64,000 bases of DNA from Balanoglossus misakiensis (lineage: Eukaryota; Animalia; Hemichordata): NCBI GenBank assembly GCA_040954595.2, contig CM082598.2, positions 1,116,001 to 1,180,000 of the forward strand. Reading direction: 5' to 3'. Shown one piece after another: positions 45,901 to 57,045 of this stretch. A program made the position numbers and the translations under genes. Within the stretch, counting starts at the first letter, position 1. The number at the start of each line of letters is the position of its first letter. The notes beneath the pieces are model-generated. The model was not told the origin of the DNA, made no database searches, and saw only the letters and a list, made by a program, of their open reading frames with translations.

Positions 45901-48900
45901 GTGTGTAGTAAAGACAAACTCCGTGTGTATTGTAATTTTAAATTTTTATTCCACACAGAAGATTATTTAACATCGAACATGTTCTTCAGGTTCAAGAGAG
46001 CACTTGCCTGTCTCAGAAGCTCTGGGCTAGATTTAGAAATTGAAAAAGGTAGAGCCCAGGGCGTTGCTCTCGAAGATAGAATATGTCAAATTTGTGACTC
46101 ACATGAAATAGAGAACGAATTTCATTTCATTTGTATTTGCCCTTTATATCACAATTTAAGACTCCAACATTTACCACAATGGTCTTATTCACAGCCAACG
46201 ATTGAAAAGTTTTATGCACTAATGTCTTCCTCCAATAGCACAGTCATTTTCAAGCTGGCACTATTTGTATATAAGGCGTATAAATTGAGAGAAGAAATCT
46301 TTATAACCATGTAAAGTACTCACTCTCATGATGTATATATTTTTTGTATTTATAATCTAATGTTGCAATATGGGCCGGAGGCCTTTAAGAGCAATAAATA
46401 TACTTGTGATATATAAATATCTTCATGGGTTCTTGTGAGTACATGTACAGAATCATTTGAAGCAAACCTGTACACTGTGAACTGGAAATGAAAGGTTATA
46501 TTTACCTGTCTAGCACTATCTATCTGATTCCTCTGTACATGAAGATCAGCAAGCATCAACCACTGTTCCACGACAAATGGACTGTCCTTCAAGACTTGTC
46601 GACATAACGTCTCAGCTGCGTCGTACCTTTCAAGTAAGAATAAATTACCAAGAGATGGTGACACCGAGTTTTAACCCTTTCACCCCCAGTTCCCTCTAAA
46701 GAGGTCCAACTTTAGTATAGAAAACAATAGATTTGGACCAAACCATGGTGGTGAGGGGGTTAAGTCTTCAAACTACACTTCTTCATTCTGTGCAAGACTA
46801 TAGTGTTTCAGAGATCACATGTATCAGAAATAAATTTCCATGAGGAGTATTATTTTAAAGATTATCAATGTGTTTTATAAACGTACCTGCCTAAGAGTGT
46901 TTTCATTTTGAGAACATTCTTGTAGAGCGGCAAACATATAAGGGTGTTGAGTTCTGCTGGCTGAGTTGGGTCTATGCATGCGTCCAAGGCATCTGCAAAC
47001 AACAATGTGGTATTAGGGAGATTCGTGCAGACTGTGATCTTCAATACTTGTATATAATATGTGACAATGAAACATGTGACAATTAAGATATGCATCACAG
47101 AATCTAGAGGGGGAAAAATGGATCAAATGAGCTGTACTCACTCTGAAAATAGCCGAGTAAAACTTCTGGTTTGAGATCAGAATCTTTATTCCATGGAAGG
47201 ATGAAGGGCTCCTGAGAAGAGAAATATCAAGGCTTTGTATAATCTGCCATTGAACTAGCTACATGTACTGAATAATTTGCAAAGTAAACATCTTCACATT
47301 CAATCTTTCAAAGCTATAGTCAACTTGTCAAATTTTTCAAAAAATTAATTTTCACATTTTTTAGAAATTTTGATTAAGACCCGCAGACAACAGACAATTG
47401 TGTCCACTTGGTCTAAAATTAAGGGAGAAAATAGTGATACATTTCAGAAAGATAAAATTTTGTCATATCAACACCACTTTCTTACCTTGCAGACAATTTT
47501 AGCTGGATTGCTATTGATCGGTGCGTACAGGCTAGGTGGCAGAGTATGGAACTGGGTTAAGTAGATGAACGACAACCATGCCAGACAACGATCGCTGGGG
47601 GTCAACAGATGACCTAGACAGCTGCTATCACTTGTGGTGTCTGCCTTCTCTGCCAGTGAAGTCTGTGTGAAGCAAACAACATTTATAAACCGTGTTAACA
47701 CACTGAAATAGTTCAATTTTTCAGCTACAGTCAAACCTGTGTTAGTTACCATTCTGAGCTCATCAAATTACAACAATGAAGAAGAGAGAAAAATGCACAC
47801 GTACACTGAAAACATTTAAAGCTATGCTGTATCTTCTGGTCTGTATATGTAAATGAATTCGATGGAGTAGAATTTCCAGTATCTGATGGGATTGTAAATC
47901 ACTGAAATTCTCTTCTTGTTTCTTCTGCAAAAACACCAAGATCTTCTTGCATAGGTCGTCCTTCCCTGAGAATGTCTTCTCCAACTCCAAACACTGGAAG
48001 GAACAGAACAAAACATGCGATCAACCTCATCATTAATAGTGTAAAATAAATATGTTTAACCCTTTCACCACTATGGTTTTGTCCAAATCCATTGTTTCCT
48101 ATGGTAAGATTGGACCTCTATAGAGGGAACTGGGGGTGAAAGGGTTAAAAGGAGGGTGTTGTCCCATACGGTGTTGCTTGGCACTCTAAGGGTTACCTCA
48201 TCTGACTCTGAATGACCTCTGCCCTCTCACCTTTGACCAGACATCGTAATGTGGCGCAAAGTGCACAGCATCCTGGCACATCTCTCGGAGTTCATCAGCA
48301 TTCCCTCTCCGGGCAAACAGCGTCAAGTAGTGCTGCCACAATTCCGGAGAACTTCCGTTGCCCTCAAGGCCTCTGGATAACACATTCAGGGCTTTATCCA
48401 GAGAGTCTTTATCACTGCAACAGAAACCAAGACAATGACAAAATAATCTGGTTATTCAATTCTTTGACATCAAAAGACGTCAGACGCACTCATCACAGGT
48501 AAATGACCATTTCTCTTTCCACTGACCTTTCTTTTCTGGACAATTGTTGATATGCAAGTTTTAACCACATCTGGATATCACTGGGATTTTCCAGCACTGC
48601 CGATTCCAAATCCTGATATCCGGATCCTTCCAGCATAAAGTAACGTGGATCTTCTTCCGTGAAAGTGACATCTATATTGGATACATACTTTCTGGATTTC
48701 CGCTCTGTTGGGGAAAGATACGAATATATATTTAGATGGTGCAAATGTAAATTTATTGGAGAAATAAACAATTCACACAGGGTTGATTTCATTTCTTACC
48801 TGGAGTTTTAATGTCATTGAAAGTTTCCTCATTCGGATCACTAGATTTCTTCCGTGACTGTCTCGGTTTCCATTTTCGTTTTTCATATAACATTGTGTGT

Positions 48901-51900
48901 GGTGGAACTGTAACAAAATGAAAATCTCACTTTAAGTTTTAACCTCGAATTCAAGTCCAGACTAAGCGAACAACAACAATAACAATGGGTGTTTCACACA
49001 AACAGAGTACTGGGTATATAAGCATGCTGTTTGGAGTAGAACAAGAAATTGTATTTGATGCACAGAACGAAAACACACTCACCATGCTTGTGATGATCGT
49101 TGACTTTACTGACAAAGAGCAAACACATCTGATCTGGGGTCATCTTCTCTCCATTCTGTTTGAAAACACTTTTCACATACTTTGCGACCATCTCTTCATA
49201 CTCCGTGATGTTTTCCATGTCTTTGACGCCGGATAATCGCGGCGCTGATGACACAATATCCTGGAAGAGTTCCTCACCACTCAGAGAGTAATCATCTTTG
49301 TGTTGCCTGCAAGAAAATATCAAAACCATGTTTTCGATCACAGCTACAATGCGCAGATCTTATTCCAAAACACCCTGCATCACCTAAGCCCGAAAGTCAT
49401 TGGAATAGTTTAATAAGAAGTGGGGGTGTTGGCTACCAGGCCCTGACCATGCTTGTATTTGTTTGTATGACTTATGCAACATCCCTGCCATTTTCTGAAC
49501 CATATGAGTATTTAACCATGTCTCGCAATGAGTGGAAGATCATAGCAAGAAGATCAGTGTGAACGTACCAAGAACAGCCTTCATCATTGCAAGTTCCTTT
49601 GACATCAAATCTACACATCAATCTGTGTGGATCAATCTTATTGCTGAACGTAGCAGAGCTGAGGGATAGCTTGGCTTTTGTTCTGTAGTACGGGTTGAAC
49701 CTGTGTAGAAAAGGATAGCAAAACATACAGTAATCTATAATAAAATATTTATTGATTGAATGATAGATAGATAGAGAGATACATACCCGACACATACAGA
49801 TAGATATACAAATAGATAGATGGACAGACAGACAGGCAGACAGACAGATAGATGGATAGATAGATGACTAACCGATAACTTCTGAAATGTTGAAGTGGAC
49901 TTCTATACGTCTCAAAGTGTAAAGTCTTCATTTTCCCTTGTGCGAGTTCTGATTTATTTAAATTAGCACCTGCATTATGGATATCAAGTTGTAACTTTGG
50001 AAGCTGCATGTAGTCTCTGGCTGTTTCTAGTGTCTGTTGAGTCCACATAGTTTCAAATCTGATTATTTTTTCCTTCTCATGTTGCAGTCGTTTTAGTCTC
50101 TCCAACTGCTGCTCTGCTGGCATTGAGAACTCAAAATGTTTCTTTTGCGTTTCCTTTGGCGGCTTTTCTATTTTATCACTCATCTTCTTGACATCTGTGT
50201 TTTCCTTATCAGCTGCCGAGTTTTCTGTTCTATTTGATGCTACTGTTTGCAGATGACCTGCAGATTGATCTGTCACAGATCTGTGCTTCTCTTTAGCAAC
50301 ACTCAGATTTGGTTTTGTACTTGGGTTCATTTCAAGAAGTGATTTCCTCCTCTTCTTAACCTGAGGTCCCTCATCTGCAACTTCCTCTGTTTCCACGGAA
50401 ACATCGATGCTAATTTTATCCTTTTTGTACTCTTGCATGGAAGGTTTAAGACTAGCCGTTTGCATGCGAATCTCGGCCAAACGCTGAAGGGCACCATCGG
50501 TGTTCGACGACGGGTTCATCGTTTCCGAAACAGTATTCTTGTTGTCTTTCAAAGCTTGTGCTTCTCGTAACTTTTTTATCTTTTCGGCAAACTCTCTTTC
50601 CAGTCGTTGAAGACGTTCCTTTTCCTTGGTGAGTTCCTCCGGAGTCATTTTTCTGGAGACGTTCTGACTTGTTACTTTTGCCTTCTTTGAAGACTATGAA
50701 TGAAGCAAAAATATTCAAAATAAAGCCAAAAGTTACAACTTGCTTATAACAAACAAGACAATACTCATGTATAGTTTTATGATACCACCTACCTGAACTT
50801 CAGTTGAAGTGCTTGGACCCTTGTCTACATGTACTTTCATATTATCAACCATGGACAATGACAATTGCTTCATCCCAGCTGCCTGTCTGGCACTGTTGGC
50901 CCTGGCTAGTAATCTCTCTTCTAAGGTGGATCTTCTCTCAATCTTTGAAGAAAGGGTGACTCTCTGAAATGTTAAATTTGAAGAAGAGATGATTAGATGA
51001 AAGATGGGAAACCTTATTGACGAGACCTAACACCCTTCATGTAACTGTGAGGTTCTTTTTCTAGTGTGGTATTCTAACAGTGGCCAACTAACACCTGATA
51101 GTAAACATTTGAGACATATATATCTTCAGACAGGTTTTCCTCAGTACCACTTACTTGGGTTTCCAATTTCTTGATGACAACAGTGTTTGCGTGGAGTACA
51201 TCTTCTGTGGCTTGAAGCTGCTCTTTGAGTTTCTGTATACGATTTACAATGTATTGCATGACCGACTGCTTCTTGCTCATCTGGAAGTTCAACTTGACCA
51301 TCATCTGTTTATCTTTCTTGAGTTGTTTTCTACGAATGAAAGAATGAACAATTTTACAGCCCCAGTTACTCTAGTTTCTTGTTCTCGTCTGTCTCTGTCA
51401 CATTTTTTCAAAGAGTTGCAACCAGACTCACCTCATAGTTACAAGCTTTGCTTCAGCATCTGTGACATCTTTCATAAGTCTAGCTTGTTCTTCATTGGCA
51501 GTTGGTTTCTTGGCAACAGTTTCCTTGGCAACCACTGGTTGCTTGGTAGCAGTTTCCTTGGCAACCACTGGTTGCTTGGCAGCAGTTTCCTTGGCAATCA
51601 CTGGTTGCTTGGCAACAGTTTCCTTATGAACTGCGTCTTCTTGAGCGTCTGCATCCGAGATGCACGGGGAAGCATTTGCACTGCCTGATCCAGCACCATC
51701 AATCTTTTTGCGGAATTCTCTCATGGCTATTTCGTGTTTCAGTCTGCGATACTCCGCTTTTTGATGTGCTCCTAGTCTGTCCACAGCCTCTGGAGTGTTT
51801 CCTATGTGCAGCAGAGGAACTTCTGGAACTTGGCTCTTGGCTTTCGACGCCTGACAAGAAATACAGCATGGATATAACATCATTAGAACATTCCCCACAA

Positions 51901-52484
51901 CTTCACTTTACATAGACACTTCAGCACATGAACACACAAAGTGGATATTTCAGACAACCATGACTCAATTTCAGCTCAACTTACATCAACATTTTTTCGG
52001 GCTTCCTTCAAGAACATATCAATACCGAAACTAAAGCCAGTGGATTCTACAGTGGCCTTGGGTTCTTCTGTTTCACTCTCACTGCTGTCAGAGTCATCAC
52101 CCAATGTTATCACCACTCTTTCATGCTTTGGCATCTGCAAGACAACACATGAATGTTTAATTGCAATGATTCATCTAGACGGGGTCCAAACCTACCATAG
52201 AAAACAACATGGATCGAACCATGGTGATGAAAGGGTGAAATGAGCATACCTGCATTTTAGTAACAGGAACATTTCTTCGGTTAGCGGCACTGTTATTTAT
52301 AGGTGGGCCGTAACTACTCTGTGTTGTGGACTGTACTGTCACAGAGGGTGACATTCTACCCATGGTTTGTGGAGACATGCTTCGTGTGGAGTGCGGGGAC
52401 GAGATCGCCTCCACAGCTGGTACCTGTGTAGAAGACAAGAAATAAATGTGTGAGCAGACTGGATATATTCCCCATGTTTCAGTC

Positions 52485-52520
<36 letters not shown>

Positions 52521-55311
52521 GACAACTTACCTTGACTTCCTCGTTAGATTTTGAAGCTCTCTTGACAGCCATCGATTTCAACAACTGTTCTCTCAGTGCC
52601 AACACATCTACCTCTTCATCATCACTATTGTCATGACTATCAGACGTTACTAATACTGTAATTGGTTTGTCGAGCACCTGGCTTTCTTCCTGAGGTTTTA
52701 TCGGAATGGTATCAAAGCTCTACAAACAACAAATCAGAAATGTTTAGACATCTAACCTATTTGTCACTACACATTGGTACAACCCCACAGTTTTCAATGA
52801 CATTGGATGGAAACATTACTTTTTAATTTTGAAACCTGTACTTACAGTAGTTGGTTTTACTGATTGTTCAATCGATCCTGACAGGAATGGAATTGGTGAA
52901 GCAGCCATCACTGATGTCAAGAAAGGTAGAAGAAAGGAATTAATTTCAATAACACATATTTCTACGGAGCACTAATTATATTACTGCCATATACAAGTAC
53001 ACTAAACTAAAGTTCTCTGAGAGAAACTTACTTGATGAGTTTTCAGAACTATCAACATCCATTTCAACTTGTTCATAATTGTCAAACTGAAAGACATAGT
53101 CTGGGTCGTTCGAAGCGATCGGCAACTCCTGTTGTATCTGTAGAGGCGGTCTTTTCTCACTGTCTTCGCGTGATGAAGATCTTGGCTGTAAATGATAACA
53201 GGTAGTGTGAATATTGTGTAAAGAGAATGTATGTGTGGTAATACCAACATCATGATACTGATCTCTGCTCAGTTTTGTTTTTGTAAAGGTCACATAGGGG
53301 TCACTGAATGTCTTACCCTTTTCAACATGACATCCTTGTCTTCCCTGTGGACGAATTTCATAAACCTTTGAAATTTCTCATCAGGATTTGTCAGTTTTCG
53401 AATCTCTGTCGCTTCCATTCTACTTTCGATCTCTCGTTCTCCTCTCCCGACAAACTTCAAGAACCTGCTGTATTGTTCATCGCCGTTCTGCAAATTCCGA
53501 ATTTCTGCCGCTTCTCGTCTTTTCCTCGCCTCCTCGTCTCGTTTTCTCTCCTGAATCTTCCTTTTCATTCTCCTGCTTCTTTCTCTTCGTGTTAATTTCT
53601 TATTGAGTTCATCTGGACAGAATAAAGTCAAACCTGTGTTAGTGGCCACTTCTATATACACGTACTGGAAACTTTCTTACAATCATTTTCTTGAAAATCA
53701 TCAAATAAACGTTACAGTACCTGTGAGTGTCATAGGGGAAGGCAGGATTTGCACTTCTTCCTCCTTGCTGTTGGTGGAATCACTGGAAATTTTGATCAAC
53801 TCGATCTCTGCTACTTTTTCGACTTCCATCTCGCCTTCTAATTCCTGCCTCTCAACTTCTTCCTCCTCCGCCTTGCTGGTCACTTTCCTGGTGGCCGACT
53901 CCAAGGCGATCAAACGCAGCTGTAGTTCCGACATCTCTTCATCATCATCTTCATCCTCACTGGTAATCTAAGGTATACCAACAATCAATAGTAATGTTGG
54001 TATTAAAGGGCAACGATCGTCTTATGTGCATGTGCCAAACCAGAGACTCTGGTTACAAAACCTGTATACAGTAGGCCTATTACCAAGCACTGATAGTGTT
54101 TCTTTTCTGGAAAAATATTTGGGAAATTATGTCAATATACCTTTATTACGGGAATATCCTCTTCAGCTTTGGGTGACCTTCCTGTGACCCTGTCCCCACT
54201 GGTTGTCTTTGACCTTGACCTCCTCAATCTCTTGACATTTTGCCCTTTCACATTTCTCTCAAAGGGTGATTTTTGTTTTTGGTCAGGGTGATCCTTGGGT
54301 CTCCCGCTCTCGTCTGAGGAGAGTAATTTTTGAGTTCTTTCTTCCTCCACCTCCAGAGCCTCCAGTTTGGCCTGAATCGATCGATGCTCTCGGAGAAGTT
54401 CTTCAAACGAGTCTCGGGTTTTTTCCAACTTTCTCTCATCTTCATCAAACTCCACATCTTTGTAATGTCTGTGAACTTTCTCTTGGACTGCTGTGTCACA
54501 GTTAAGTATTATAACACGCTAAGTGGTTAATTTTGTTGTGAAATGAACAAGTACCATTGATGTGAGGTCATATGAGGTCACAAAAATGGCACACTGACCT
54601 TCATATTATACATTATGTGTAAACTGGAAAGTCATGCCCGAGGATTGTGACTTAGCATAGTAAAAACTAAAAGGAGAGTAACGCACGATGCCCGGACATG
54701 ACTTCCCAGTGTAATACACGCGATTGCACCCAGCTCCACACACCAATGACCTCAGCCCCACACACCAATGACCCCATGTACAACATGTACATGAGGTCAT
54801 GAGGCTTGAGTGTGTTTTGCTACCACACAGACTAAAGGATACCTTTTCTCCTGACCGGTCGCGGATCAGACCCGCGTCCCCTTCCCGGCCTGGTTTGATT
54901 TCCACCTCTCGGCTGTCCCCTTTCTCTCGGCCCGGGCCCACCGTGACCATACTGAGTTCTTGGGGCTGCCCTTCCCCGTCCGCCGCGCCCGCGACCCCGT
55001 CCACGACCTCTGTTACCTGCCCCCAATAGTCGGGCTCCTGGGCTAGTAAGATACACAGAGGCATTCTGTCTTTCTCTTCGATGTCCTTGCCCTACCCAAA
55101 ATCCACCAGGTGGGGCCCTTTGAAGATCTTCTTGCGGGAAAGTCCGACTCGTTTCATGACGTCTTCCCTGAAATTGAAAATGCGAAGGTTCACCTGTGTT
55201 GATTGCAACGTTGCTTCTTTTCTTTTCAACTGTGGGCAATTCATCCTCTATCTCTCCGTCTTCAAGTTCTCCTTCCTCAATGGAATCTTCTTTTGCAATT
55301 GTCTCTGTCAT
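42973..55311 (-). CDS. ZFC3H1: Zinc finger C3H1 domain-containing protein (PAXT adaptor), many exons
   Basis: N-terminal EEGELEDGEI, ELQLRLIALESA, YRSPLQHFRSYRFNPYYRTK, zinc finger CRFDVKGTCNDEGCSW, C-terminal HAT/TPR-like repeats; last exon ends ...YIATILK*. Confidence 0.92.
45630..46405 (+). mobile_element. 5'-truncated non-LTR retrotransposon (LINE) 3' end, antisense in ZFC3H1 intron 45535-46505
   Basis: Stop-free ORF to 46314 with YWYKLL...KLRVY...LEIEKGR...RICQICD...ENEFHFICICPLY, typical of LINE ORF2 C-termini; short 3' UTR with AATAAA 46393-46398. Confidence 0.85.
46671..46763. mobile_element. Full-length 85-bp MITE, TTAA TSD, CCC termini (piggyBac-like)
   Basis: TTAA CCCTTTCACC ... 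GGTGAGGGGG TTAA. Confidence 0.88.
48056..48148. mobile_element. Full-length 85-bp MITE, TTAA TSD, perfect 10-bp TIR (piggyBac-like)
   Basis: TTAA CCCTTTCACC ... GGTGAAAGGG TTAA; opposite orientation to the 46671 copy. Confidence 0.9.
48975..49078. repeat. Dispersed ~100-bp repeat with an inverted copy at ~62978-63090
   Basis: CAGAGTACTGGGT.TATAAGCATGCTGTTTGGAGTAGAACAA is shared; both six-frame ORFs read STG.ISMLFGVEQ. Confidence 0.8.
49760..49865. repeat. Compound GATA/GACA microsatellite
   Basis: Visible tetranucleotide runs in a ZFC3H1 intron. Confidence 0.85.
51509..51625 (-). repeat. Coding 33-bp tandem repeat in ZFC3H1 (KET.AKQPV.A, about 3.5 copies)
   Basis: Units start at 51509, 51542, 51575 and 51608. 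Confidence 0.9.
52487..52520. repeat. (CAAT)n microsatellite
   Basis: About 8 tetramers in a short ZFC3H1 intron. Confidence 0.9.
54491..54842 (-). other. U12-type GT-AG first intron of ZFC3H1
   Basis: Donor G|GTATCCTTT; branch TACTTAAC (54501-54508) 10 nt before ACAG|; no polypyrimidine tract; phase-1 join restores the frame. Confidence 0.85.
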
Positions 55312-55388
55312 TATCACAATCGATCTAGTGTATACTGTTAAATTTTCCAGTTTCTCTCCTTACACCGTCCATTTCACGCTTATGCTGA

Positions 55389-55478
55389 CCGCCATATTGG
55401 ATTTCGCAACTGAGTGAGAAAGTCCTCAAGAGGGCGCCATATTGGAAGTTCGCTGACCTCAAGTTAGTCACGTGACGT
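55389..55478 (-). promoter_or_regulatory. ZFC3H1 promoter: two YY1-like CCAATATGGCG, CTCF-like CCTCAAGAGGGCGC, GTCACGTGAC E-box
   Basis: Motifs at 55389-55400, 55424-55445 and 55467-55476. Confidence 0.5.
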
Positions 55479-57045
55479 AGACATTCGTATTAGGTGAATC
55501 AAGGTGACACGTACCTTTCGTTTTTTTCTTCAAACGAACGAGAATAACGGTGCAGCTATTCACAATTCTCAGATTCTAGGAGTAGAAGTCCATAATGACA
55601 ACAAAAATCAGAGTATACATCAAATATTTTGTAAATGAATAACTGTCTTATATAAATGAATAACTCCACAACACCAGTTTCGTCGCACTATAGCAAATTT
55701 GATAAATTTGATAATACAAGAAAGAAACTCATAAAAAAATACTGAGCTACTGAACTGATAAAAGGTTATAATGAGCGTCACGCAACTCACTCAAGAAGCA
55801 TTTTACGAGGGGTGTAAAATAACTTATACGCGTGGGAATATAAGTAGGAGGTGCAACGAATAACTGAACAGCAGAAGCTGGAATCGTACAAGATAAGAGA
55901 TTCTCGAGAAAAGCGTATCTCATTCTTCATTCTTTAACATCATTATTTTGCAATACTTTCAGCAACATGCCTCGTTCAATCTCAAGGTTATGATCACTGC
56001 ACTGAAAGACGCGAAACGACCAGAAAGATTTGATGCGCGAGCACGCGTCAATGTCGTCATGTATTCATTGGCAAAATTACTAACGCGCACTGCTTTTTTT
56101 TAACGTAACTGCCTCCTATTTTGACCCAAATCTTGATATATAGCGGATACCTTACGTCGAAAAGTTGTCGCTTACTATTTTCGAAGCAATCGACAGGATT
56201 TTTGGTATCTTTCTTTCACGCGTTTGACTTTGCTCCACGTGTTTTCGCAGTCTGTACTGTACTAGGCTATATTATATAGTGTCTTTTGTTCGTCTTCACA
56301 ACTGGCCATGAATACATGACGTTCGACCAAACAATTCTTGGTATACATGTAGATGCGTATGACAGCCAATAAGTTTAGGCAAGTTCTTTTTTTAGTTTCT
56401 TGCAAGTTGTTCACTTGTTCACGAGCTTCCTCGGTTCCGTGCCAAGACGAAATTGGTCCGTTAAATTTTTGGTTGTAGATTTCGCTGTAGATTTCTTTTA
56501 CGCGTCTGTTGTAGATTTCGTTCAAAGTTTGGATCGCCTTCAATGAGAATATCACGCATTAGACGGATAGTTTTGAAGACTTTGAAGTTGGTTTTGAAGT
56601 CCAGGTCATTGTTCTTCATCCAGTTCCTGTGAACTACATGTAGTGGGTTCTCGACTGAGAGTTTCCTCGATTTCTCGTTTTCAAAGTACGCCCTCGCATT
56701 TCTGAGCAACAAGACATAATGTCATTGACCAGACAATATGAAAGAAGTCTTTACAATTGTCGGATAATTGAAAATGAAGACGTTTAGTTGTAGTTACGCG
56801 TCCATATTTAACAGACTATAGTTGCATTTTGGAACTTCTGCTTGATGTATAAAGTATATAACATCTGCACTTTTGGCTAGGACTGCGACACCGCGAACAA
56901 GGGGGTGACAAATAGTAGATGGAACAGCTGAAAGTTTGATTACCAAAGATCAGGGATCAGTTGCACGCACCGTTGGATAAGTAACATTGTAAACGACAAG
57001 TTTACTCTGTAAACTGGTGCGGATCTGTCGCTCTGAAATACCACT

